Shown in pieces: positions 11,198-23,669 of a DNA stretch of 64,000 bases. The notes beneath the pieces are model-generated. The model ran no database searches. It saw only the letters and a list, made by a program, of their open reading frames with translations, and was not told the DNA's origin. The translations under genes and the position numbers were made by a program. Source of the stretch: Halomonadaceae bacterium T82-2 (GTDB lineage Bacteria; Pseudomonadota; Gammaproteobacteria; Pseudomonadales; Halomonadaceae); the NCBI GenBank assembly GCA_001577635.1, contig LSBP01000003.1, positions 41,267 through 105,266 on the forward strand, written 5' to 3'. Numbering within the stretch: position 1 is the stretch's first letter; each line of letters opens with the position of its first letter.

Positions 11198-11469
11198 TGA
11201 AGGGTCCTTGTCATGCCATCGTCAAGCGTCGGGCCGCACCATCCGAGCGGCGGCGGCTCCTGCGGGCCGTGTTCGTCCAGCCGGCCATTGAATTCGATGC
11301 TAACACGCCGCCGAACTCCCCGCAGCGCTGCGGGAGGCGCGCATTTTTGGTAAGCTTTTCCCGGCATCCCGGTCGACGACATCCCGGTCGAATCCGGAGG
11401 TGACGATGGCGTCGTCGTCGAGGCCGCGCCACCCGGCCCATGAATCCCCTCTGAGTGGACTGCCGTTTC

Positions 11470-12387
11470 ATGTTCAATGCCCAGTACTTTCGCACGTTCA
11501 TCACGCTGGTGGAGACCGGCAGCTTCACGCATACGGCGCGTCGGCTCGACATGACCCAACCGGGGGTCAGCCAGCATATCCGCAAGCTCGAGAAGTATCT
11601 CGGCAAGCCGTTGCTCAACCGTCATGGTCGGCGTTTCACCCTCACCGAAGCCGGCCGCCGAGCCTATGACTACGCGGTTCGGCTGTTCGCCGAACACGAG
11701 CATTTTCGCCATTCGCTGGACAATGAATCCCTGCATTCCGGCGAATGCCGGGTCGCCTCGCCGGGCAGTGTCGGCTTGATGTTCTATCCCTTTCTGCTGG
11801 GCTATCAGCAGATGCATCCCGGCCTGACGATCAACTACAGCTTCGCCTTCAATCACGAGATCGTGCAGGACGTGCTGGCCGGGCGTTACGACCTGGGCGT
11901 CGTCACGGATGTGGTCAAGCATCCGGACCTGAGTTACGAACCCTGGCATCAGGAGCCATTGTGTCTGGTGGTGCCGGCCGACTTCGCCGGCACGTCCCTG
12001 CAGGAGTTGATGGCGCTGGGCTTCATGAATTACTCGGACGGCCTGAACAACGCCGGACAGTTGCTGCGTGCCAATTTTGCCGGTGAGTTCCGGTCCATGA
12101 GCCATTTTCCCCGTCAGGGATTCACCAACGAGGTGGCCATGGTGCTGGATGCCGTGGCGCGCGGGCTGGGCTTCACGGTGGTCTCGCGGCTGGTGCTCGA
12201 GACCTCGCCCTGGCAGCGCCAGGTCAAGGCGCTGACCCTGCCCAATCAGGTCTACGAGTCGCTGTATATCGTCACCCAGTCGGGCAGCGAGCTGCCGCGT
12301 CGCTACCAGCAGCTGCTCGATGACTTTCGCGAGGAGCGGCGCAACACGCTCTACGGGCTGGTCGAGGAGCCGGGTTTCGACACCTGA
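11470..12387 (+). CDS. LysR-family transcriptional regulator
   Basis: N-terminal wHTH FRTFITLVETGSFTHTARRLDMTQPGVSQHIRKLE plus a LysR substrate-binding domain. It does not resemble GcvA. Confidence 0.85.
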   Translation: MFNAQYFRTFITLVETGSFTHTARRLDMTQPGVSQHIRKLEKYLGKPLLNRHGRRFTLTEAGRRAYDYAVRLFAEHEHFRHSLDNESLHSGECRVASPGSVGLMFYPFLLGYQQMHPGLTINYSFAFNHEIVQDVLAGRYDLGVVTDVVKHPDLSYEPWHQEPLCLVVPADFAGTSLQELMALGFMNYSDGLNNAGQLLRANFAGEFRSMSHFPRQGFTNEVAMVLDAVARGLGFTVVSRLVLETSPWQRQVKALTLPNQVYESLYIVTQSGSELPRRYQQLLDDFREERRNTLYGLVEEPGFDT

Positions 12388-12445
12388 GTGGCGAGCGGTT
12401 CGGGCAATGCCCGGCCGTCCGGATTCCGGTCGGTCCCTGAACGAA

Positions 12446-12470
12446 ACGGCCCCGCCATGAGCGGGGCCGT
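12446..12470. terminator. Bidirectional hairpin between the convergent LysR gene and gcvP
   Basis: ACGGCCCCGC-catga-GCGGGGCCGT, a 10-bp stem. TTTCGTT follows on the minus strand. Confidence 0.6.
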
Positions 12471-12500
12471 TGTCGTCTGCGGCGTCACCCGCGATGCCGG

Positions 12501-15395
<2,895 letters not shown>

Positions 15396-15449
15396 GGAAC
15401 ACCCTGGAAGTGACGGGGCGGTCAGGCCCGTGTGGAATCGGTCGGTGGC

Positions 15450-15471
15450 GCCGGCGGCACGTGCCGCCGGC
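15450..15471 (-). other. Intercistronic perfect palindrome or stem-loop between gcvH and gcvP
   Basis: GCCGGCGGCAC/GTGCCGCCGGC, a 22-nt perfect palindrome inside the 89-nt gcvH-gcvP spacer. No U-tract. Confidence 0.4.
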
Positions 15472-15484
15472 ATGCCGGTACTGC

Positions 15485-15877
15485 TCAGTCTTCGGCGTCG
15501 GCGATGGCCGCGTAGGCGTCGGCGTCCAGCAGCGACTCGAGCGAGGTGGCGTCGCTGGGCTTGATCCTGGCGATCCAGCCGTCCTCGTAGGGGGACTCGT
15601 TGACGGTTTCCGGGGCGTCCTCGAGGGCCTCGTTGACGGCCAGGACTTCGCCGGCGAGCGGGGCATACAGGTCGGAGGCGGCCTTGACCGACTCGATCAC
15701 GCCGAACTCCTCGTCGGCTTCCAGCTCGCGACCGACTTCCGGCAGTTCCACGAAGACCACGTCGCCGAGCGCTTCCTGGGCGTGATCGGTGATGCCGATG
15801 GTGACAGTGCCGTCACCGTTGTCGAGGATCCATTCGTGGCTCTTGGTGTAGCGCAGGTTGGCGGGAATGTTGCTCAT
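15485..15877 (-). CDS. gcvH: Glycine cleavage system H protein
   Basis: 130 aa. The lipoyl-lysine motif region [13 protein letters not shown] is present. AGGAAA SD. Confidence 0.95.
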   Translation of the reverse strand: MSNIPANLRYTKSHEWILDNGDGTVTIGITDHAQEALGDVVFVELPEVGRELEADEEFGVIESVKAASDLYAPLAGEVLAVNEALEDAPETVNESPYEDGWIARIKPSDATSLESLLDADAYAAIADAED

Positions 15878-16157
15878 GATTTTTCCTATACGAAAAAAGG
15901 TTTTCTCTCGGGGAAATCGTAGCGCGATTCTGCCTCAATGACGACCGTCTTGCCATCCTTGAGCGTCAACGCAGTGAGACAGGAGGCGCGCATCAGCCTG
16001 ACCGTGGAAACAGAGTGGCCAGAAACGCGGGCGCCGTCCAGTCCGCGTGCGCCCCTAACGCGATCCTGCGCGGGACGGGCGGCAGCGGGTCTCGGGCTTT
16101 CGGCGATTTTACGGGCTATCCTGCCACTTGAGTGGCGCAGAGAACGTGCTCTCGTGC

Positions 16158-16186
16158 TTGAGTTGAGGCGGTCGTCTGGGTATGGT
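16158..16186 (+). promoter_or_regulatory. Candidate sigma70 promoter for the AGCS-gcvT unit
   Basis: TTGAGT (16158-16163), 17-nt spacer, TATGGT (16181-16186). It would give a leader of about 250 nt before the GTG at 16444. Prediction by eye only. Confidence 0.3.
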
Positions 16187-16443
16187 GGCGCGAGTTTCGT
16201 AAAAGAAACAAGTTTCTCCGCGGGCATGGCAGCATGCCATGCTGATCCCGGGCGCGATATCACGGCTTTTTCGTTCAAGCGGATTCGAGGGCAGTTTTTC
16301 CTAAGGTCTACTGGAGCCGGCATGGTGGGTTCCGCTAAGGTACGCGGTTCGACGCCATCCGACGGTGGTCCGGTTCGAGAGTCGGGTGGTACGAATCCAT
16401 GCACCTGGGTGCATAACAACAATCCGCAAGTGGGAGACAAGAC

Positions 16444-17823
16444 GTGGAAACGTTGACGAATCTATTGAGCGCAATCGAGGGGGTCGTCTGGGGGCCCCTG
16501 ATGCTGGTGCTGTTGCTTGGCGTGGGGCTCTATCTCCAGGCCGGCCTCAAGGTAATGCCGATCCGCAAGCTGGGTACCGGCTTCAAGCTGCTCTGGCAGG
16601 GACGCAGCACGGCCAAGGGCGAGGAAAGCGAGGGTGAGGTTTCACCGTTCAACGCCCTGATGACCTCGCTGTCGGCGACCATCGGCACGGGCAACATCGC
16701 CGGTGTGGCCACGGCGATCTTCCTGGGCGGCCCGGGCGCGGTCTTCTGGATGTGGATCACTGCCCTGGTCGGGATGGCCACCAAGTTTTCCGAGGCCGTG
16801 CTGGCGGTGCGCTACCGTGAAGTCGATGAGGCCGGTGACCACGTCGGTGGTCCGATGTATTACATCCGCAACGGCCTGGGCAAGAAGTGGGCCTGGCTGG
16901 GTGGTCTGTTCGCGTTCTTCGGCGCCGTGGCCGCCTTCGGCATCGGCAACACCGTGCAGTCCAACTCGGTGGCCGACGGCCTGGGCGAATCGATCAACAT
17001 GCCGCACTGGCTGACCGGCATCGTGATCATGGTGCTGGCCGGCGCGGTGATTCTCGGCGGTATCAAGCGTATCGCCAAGGTGGCGGGCAAGCTGGTGCCG
17101 ATCATGGCGATCGCCTATTTCGCCTGCGGCGTGCTGGTGCTGATCATCAATGCCGACCAGATCGGCTCGGCGCTCGGCCTGATCTTCGGTCATGCCTTCT
17201 CGCCGGCATCCGCGGCGGGCGGCTTCGCCGGTGCAGCCGTGGCCAAGGCCATCCAGTTCGGTGTCGCGCGCGGGGTCTTCTCCAACGAGGCCGGCCTGGG
17301 CAGCGCGCCGATCGCGCATGCCGCTGCGCAGACCAAGAACCCGGTACGCCAGGGCCTGGTGGCGATGCTCGGCACCTTCCTGGATACCATCGTGGTGTGC
17401 TCGATCACCGCGCTGGCGATTCTCACCACCAACGACTGGACATCCGGCGAAACCGGTGCGGCCCTGACCTCCATGGCCTTCGACAGCACCCTGCCCGGCG
17501 TGGGTCAGTACGTGGTGTCGTTCGCCCTGGCGGTGTTCGCCTTCACCACCATTCTCGGTTGGGCGTTCTACGGCGAGAAGTGCTTCGAGTACCTTTTCGG
17601 CGTGCGCTCGATCAAGCTGTATCGCGTCGTCTATATCCTCGCCATCCTGGCGGGTGCCGTGGCGCCGCTCAACTTCGTCTGGCTGATGGCCAGCGTCTTC
17701 AATGCCATGATGGCGATTCCCAACCTGATTGCACTGGCCCTGCTGTCTCCGGTGGTCTTCAAGCTCACCAAGGACTACTTCGAGGGCAAGACGGTGCTGC
17801 CGGGTGAGGATCTGAATCGCTGA
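16444..17823 (+). CDS. Alanine/glycine:cation symporter (AGCS family)
   Basis: 459 aa, multi-TM. N-terminus [26 protein letters not shown] and [24 protein letters not shown] are AGCS hallmarks. GTG start with a GGGAGA SD. Confidence 0.9.
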   Translation: METLTNLLSAIEGVVWGPLMLVLLLGVGLYLQAGLKVMPIRKLGTGFKLLWQGRSTAKGEESEGEVSPFNALMTSLSATIGTGNIAGVATAIFLGGPGAVFWMWITALVGMATKFSEAVLAVRYREVDEAGDHVGGPMYYIRNGLGKKWAWLGGLFAFFGAVAAFGIGNTVQSNSVADGLGESINMPHWLTGIVIMVLAGAVILGGIKRIAKVAGKLVPIMAIAYFACGVLVLIINADQIGSALGLIFGHAFSPASAAGGFAGAAVAKAIQFGVARGVFSNEAGLGSAPIAHAAAQTKNPVRQGLVAMLGTFLDTIVVCSITALAILTTNDWTSGETGAALTSMAFDSTLPGVGQYVVSFALAVFAFTTILGWAFYGEKCFEYLFGVRSIKLYRVVYILAILAGAVAPLNFVWLMASVFNAMMAIPNLIALALLSPVVFKLTKDYFEGKTVLPGEDLNR

Positions 17824-17860
17824 TGTCTTTCGTTCCGATGACTCAGGGTGGAGCAACCCC

Positions 17861-18973
17861 ATGACCGAACTCAATCGTACCCCCTTGCACGATCTGCACC
17901 TCGAACTGGGCGGCAAGATGGTCGAATTCGCCGGCTATCACATGCCCGTTCAGTACCCGCTCGGGGTGAAGAAGGAACACGAACATACCCGTGCCGAGTG
18001 CGGCTTGTTCGATGTCTCGCACATGGGGCAGGTCGTGGTGCGTGGGCCGGAACCGGCCCGTGCTCTTGAAAGCCTGGTGTGTGCCGATATCGTCGGCCTC
18101 GAGGCGGGGGCACAGCGCTACGCCCTGTTCACCGGAACCGAAGGCGGCATTCTCGACGACCTGATGGTGGTCAACGCGGGCGACCATCTCTATCTGGTGG
18201 TCAACGCGGCCTGCAAGGCGCAGGACATCGCGCACCTGCGTACCGGACTGGGTGGCGAGTACAGCGTCGAGGAGCTCGACCGCGGCCTGCTGGCCCTGCA
18301 GGGGCCGAAGGCCGCGGCGGTGATGGCGCGGCTGTGCCCGGCCGCCTGCGAACTGGTCTTCATGCAGCATGGCCGTTTCGAGATCGACGGCATGTCGGTA
18401 TGGGTCAGCCGCAGCGGTTACACCGGCGAGGATGGGTTCGAGATCTCGGTGGCCGCCGAGGACGCCGACCGCCTGGCGCGGCAGCTACTGGCGGAAGCCG
18501 AGGTCGAGCCCATCGGTCTCGGTGCCCGGGACTCGCTGCGTCTCGAGGCGGGGCTGTGCCTGTACGGCCACGACATCGACCAGACCACCACGCCCATCGA
18601 GGCCGGTCTGATCTGGGCGATCGGCAAGGCACGCCGCACGGGCGGGGAGCGCGAGGCCGGCTTCATTGGCGCCGATATCATCCTGCACCAGCTCCAGGCA
18701 CGGGATCATCGCCGCAAGCGGGTCGGCCTGCTGGGCGAAGGGCGTGCCCCGGTGCGCGAAGGCGTCGAGCTGTTCGACGAGGCCGGTCATTCCTTCGGCC
18801 ACGTCACCTCGGGCGGCTTCGGGCCCAGCGTGGGCAAGCCCGTGGCCATGGGCTATGTCGCCATCGAGGCCGCGGAGGTCGGCAATGTGGTCTATGCCGA
18901 GGTGCGTGGCAAGCGTCTGCCGATGACCGTCAGCAAGATGCCTTTCGTGACGCCCGGCTACTATCGGGGGTAA
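17861..18973 (+). CDS. gcvT: Aminomethyltransferase, glycine cleavage T protein
   Basis: 370 aa. TPLHDLHLELGGKMVEFAGYHMPVQY and SRSGYTGEDGFEI are typical of GcvT. 37 nt after the transporter gene. Confidence 0.95.
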   Translation: MTELNRTPLHDLHLELGGKMVEFAGYHMPVQYPLGVKKEHEHTRAECGLFDVSHMGQVVVRGPEPARALESLVCADIVGLEAGAQRYALFTGTEGGILDDLMVVNAGDHLYLVVNAACKAQDIAHLRTGLGGEYSVEELDRGLLALQGPKAAAVMARLCPAACELVFMQHGRFEIDGMSVWVSRSGYTGEDGFEISVAAEDADRLARQLLAEAEVEPIGLGARDSLRLEAGLCLYGHDIDQTTTPIEAGLIWAIGKARRTGGEREAGFIGADIILHQLQARDHRRKRVGLLGEGRAPVREGVELFDEAGHSFGHVTSGGFGPSVGKPVAMGYVAIEAAEVGNVVYAEVRGKRLPMTVSKMPFVTPGYYRG

Positions 18974-19019
18974 CGGGATTATACCGTTATCTTGTCTGTC
19001 GACAAGACAGTGAGATACG

Positions 19020-19048
19020 AGGCCGCTTCCCTGGAAGCGGCCTTTTTC
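19020..19048 (+). terminator. Rho-independent terminator after gcvT
   Basis: AGGCCGCTTCC-ct-GGAAGCGGCCT, an 11-bp stem, followed by TTTTTCT. Confidence 0.75.
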
Positions 19049-19058
19049 TGTCGAGTGT

Positions 19059-19679
19059 TCAGGACTCGTTCAGCATCACATGCCGGAAGGTCAGGCTGAT
19101 GCGAAGACCGGGAATGGCGCGTGGCAGCAGGGCGTGCTGAAGTCGGGACTGGAGCCCGGCACCCATCATCAGCAGGCTGCCGTGGGGCAGCGCCACATTG
19201 AAGGGCGCGTGCGCTCCATCGCGCCAGCGAAAGCGCAGCGGGCGTTCGGCACCCAGGCTGACGGCGGCAATCACCGGGTCCGGGCCCAGTTCGGGCTCGT
19301 CGTCGGCGTGCCAGCCCATGCGCTGTCGGCCGTCCCGATAGCGGTTGAGCAGCACGCTGTTGAAGGTGACGCCGGGCAGCTGCCGGGAAACCAGAGACGC
19401 CACGTGATCGCGCAGGGTCAGCACGGCCGGGTGCCAGGGGGCCGGAGAGAAACGCCGGCCGGAATAGCGATAGCGGGCTTCGGCGTCGCCCATCCAGCAC
19501 TGGGCGCGGGGGATCGGGTGGCGACGCCCGTACAGGGTCAGCGTCGGCGTCTCCCAGGGAATCTCGCGATCGAGCTGGTCGAGCAGGCTGTCGCGGCGGG
19601 GCGCTTCCAGTGCTTCATCGAGGCGCCACAGTGGTGGCGAGGCGAGCAGGGTCTGCCAGACGGGCGTTGCTGGAGACAT
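19059..19679 (-). CDS. alkB: Alpha-ketoglutarate/Fe(II)-dependent dioxygenase, AlkB family
   Basis: 206 aa. NRYRDGRQRMGWHADDEPELG (HxD) and the RISLTFRHV C-terminal motif are typical of AlkB. Starts 3 nt after the upstream stop. Confidence 0.8.
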   Translation of the reverse strand: MSPATPVWQTLLASPPLWRLDEALEAPRRDSLLDQLDREIPWETPTLTLYGRRHPIPRAQCWMGDAEARYRYSGRRFSPAPWHPAVLTLRDHVASLVSRQLPGVTFNSVLLNRYRDGRQRMGWHADDEPELGPDPVIAAVSLGAERPLRFRWRDGAHAPFNVALPHGSLLMMGAGLQSRLQHALLPRAIPGLRISLTFRHVMLNES

Positions 19680-19682
19680 GAA

Positions 19683-20615
19683 TCAGCGCAGCACCTTGTC
19701 AGGGTTGATGGGCTTGCCGCCGTGGCGCACGTCGAATAGCAGGTCGTAGCGGCCGGTGACGTCGTTGTGGCTGACGGTGCAGATGGGGGAGCCCTGCTTG
19801 ACCGCCTGGCCTTCCTTGACACGCAGCTTGCCGCACAGGGCGTAGACGCTCTGCAGATTGCCGGCGTGGTGGACGATCACTACCTTGCCCAGCTGGCGCA
19901 TGCTGTTGGCGAAGCGCACGTCGCCGTCGGCGACCGCATGCGCGGTTTCCCCCTGACGCGCCGCCAGCAGCATGGGCTGCAGGGTGCCGCGCTTGTCGCG
20001 GCCGAAGCGGCGGACGATACGATAGTCATCCAGTGGCCAGGGCCAGGCCTGGCGCTGCTTGATTGGTCCCGGATCAGGCAGCGAGCGAGCGGGAGTCGAT
20101 TTCTTGTGGGTGACCCGAGGCGGCGTCCGGCGAGGGGCGCTCCCTTTCAAGGGGACCTTGACGACCTGGCCGACACGCAGATCGCTGGGGTGAAGACCGG
20201 GGTTGGCGGCGTCGATGCGGCCGGCGGTGGTGCCGAAGTAGCGGGCGATACCGACATAGGTATCCCCGGGGCGCACCTGGTAACGGTAGGGCCCGCCGCC
20301 GGGGGCGCGCTCGCGATGGCTGGGTACCAGGATGCGCTGGCCGACGCGCAGGTTGCGGGCCTGGACCCCCGGATTGAAACGCTCCAGGCGTACCAGCGGC
20401 ACGCCGGCCTGACGGGCGATGGCCCCCAGCGTGTCGCCGGGGCGGATGGTGACCCAGTTGCCGGCCATGACCCTGCTGTAGCCGTTGCTGACGTACGGCG
20501 AACCGGCACAGCCGGCCAGCAGCAGGAGCAGTATCAGGGGGCCGAGGTGGCGCAGGCCGGTGGTGCCGACGGCTCCAGCCGACGATCCTTTTCCTGCCAC
20601 AGTGCATTCAGCCAT
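19683..20615 (-). CDS. LysM-LysM-LytM(M23) lipoprotein, NlpD-like
   Basis: Lipobox LLLLAGC. Two LysM repeats (VTIRPGDTLGAIARQAGV..., YQVRPGDTYVGIARYFGT...). C-terminal M23 fold has HAVAD, but the terminal HxH region reads LLFDVRHGG, apparently degenerate as in NlpD/EnvC. ATG 20615 is the only plausible start. Confidence 0.75.
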   Translation of the reverse strand: MAECTVAGKGSSAGAVGTTGLRHLGPLILLLLLAGCAGSPYVSNGYSRVMAGNWVTIRPGDTLGAIARQAGVPLVRLERFNPGVQARNLRVGQRILVPSHRERAPGGGPYRYQVRPGDTYVGIARYFGTTAGRIDAANPGLHPSDLRVGQVVKVPLKGSAPRRTPPRVTHKKSTPARSLPDPGPIKQRQAWPWPLDDYRIVRRFGRDKRGTLQPMLLAARQGETAHAVADGDVRFANSMRQLGKVVIVHHAGNLQSVYALCGKLRVKEGQAVKQGSPICTVSHNDVTGRYDLLFDVRHGGKPINPDKVLR

Positions 20616-21433
20616 CGTTGGAAGCGTTCCTTGTACTCCGGATCCTGATGGTAGTCTCCCTCGCGCATCCAGTCGGGCAGGGAGCGACGCTGGACATCCA
20701 GTCTGACCGGCCCTTCGCGGCCGCACAGGAAGTCCCAGAAGGTCGGACGCTCCCGGGCGTAGGCCAGGGTCACGTCGAGAATCCCGCTGAGCCGGTTGCC
20801 CAGCAGGTTGACCACCTGGGCACAGCCGCCGGCCTTGGGGCGCAGCAGATGGGCATAGGGGCTTTGCTGGGCACGCTGTTTCCTGGCCGTGAAGCGGGTG
20901 CCCTCGACGAAGTTGTAGATCGCCATGGGCATCTGCCGGGCCTGTTCGCACAGCCGCTGTGTTGCCTCGCGATCCCGCCGCGCCAGCGCCGGGTTGCGGG
21001 CGAGGGCGTCACGGGAATAACGGCGCATGAAGGGGAACTCGAGCGCCCACCAGGCCAGGCCGATCACCGGTACCCAGATCAGTTCACGCTTGAGGAAGAA
21101 GCGTGGCATGGGGATGCGGCGATGCAGCGCCATCTGCAGCAGGAAGATGTCCGTCCAGCTGCGATGATTGGCGATGACCAGCCACCATTGATCGGGCGAC
21201 AGGCCCTCGGGCAGGTGGACCTCCAGGGACGGGCGCAGCCAGCGACGCATCCACCAGAGGTTGGTGCCGATCCAGGCCAGGGCGATGCGGTTCAATCCCC
21301 CCAGCACGCGCCGCCGCAGACGCCGCGAGGGGGTGACGAGCTTGACCAGCGCCAGGGCATAGAGCGGCACGCACCAGAAGAGCGTGCCGGTGATGAGCAG
21401 CAAGAGGCTGACGAGTCCCTTGAGGGTCGACAT
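20534..21433 (-). CDS. Acyltransferase, PlsC/YihG-like (H(X)4D motif)
   Basis: 299 aa. An N-terminal TM segment, then VIANHRSWTDIFLL (HX4D) and NFVEGTRF motifs of lysophospholipid acyltransferases. GGAG SD before ATG 21433. Confidence 0.75.
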   Translation of the reverse strand: MSTLKGLVSLLLLITGTLFWCVPLYALALVKLVTPSRRLRRRVLGGLNRIALAWIGTNLWWMRRWLRPSLEVHLPEGLSPDQWWLVIANHRSWTDIFLLQMALHRRIPMPRFFLKRELIWVPVIGLAWWALEFPFMRRYSRDALARNPALARRDREATQRLCEQARQMPMAIYNFVEGTRFTARKQRAQQSPYAHLLRPKAGGCAQVVNLLGNRLSGILDVTLAYARERPTFWDFLCGREGPVRLDVQRRSLPDWMREGDYHQDPEYKERFQRWLNALWQEKDRRLEPSAPPACATSAP

Positions 21434-21529
21434 GCCATTCTCCGTCAATGACTTGCCGACCATGCTACTGGAACCGGGAAAGCCTGCCCAGCGCCGGTGA
21501 CTCACGCCGCGACACCGGGCGGGCGAGGA

Positions 21530-23479
<1,950 letters not shown>

Positions 23480-23669
23480 GCTCCCCTCCTTTTTCTTGTC
23501 CGGGATGGTTATGATGACGCGCCTTGGGGTCGGGCCGTGGCCGATCCCGCTTTGCCGGGGCGCGGGCCCGGCGCGTCCGGCTGTCTTTGTGCAGCGCAAA
23601 ACAATAGCATTCAAAACCGGTACCGGGAATTGTCGCGGTGGCCCGGGCCGGTAACAAGGAGCCTTTTGG

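Noticed and set aside
16006-16021. Sigma54-type promoter TGGCCAC-N4-TTTCC on the minus strand upstream of gcvH (by analogy with GcsR/RpoN control in Pseudomonas).
   Set aside because: The -12 element has TC instead of the near-invariant GC. No EBP gene is in the window. It is mentioned only as a weak candidate.
15878-16443. Glycine riboswitch upstream of gcvH (minus strand) or of the AGCS-gcvT unit (plus strand).
   Set aside because: I looked on both strands for the conserved core (GGAGAG ... CACCGAAGG.GCAA ... CUCAGGCAAAAGGAC). I found only a poor partial match, UCGCCGAAAGCCCGAG on the minus strand, without the flanking elements. It remains to be tested with cmsearch, but I do not call it.
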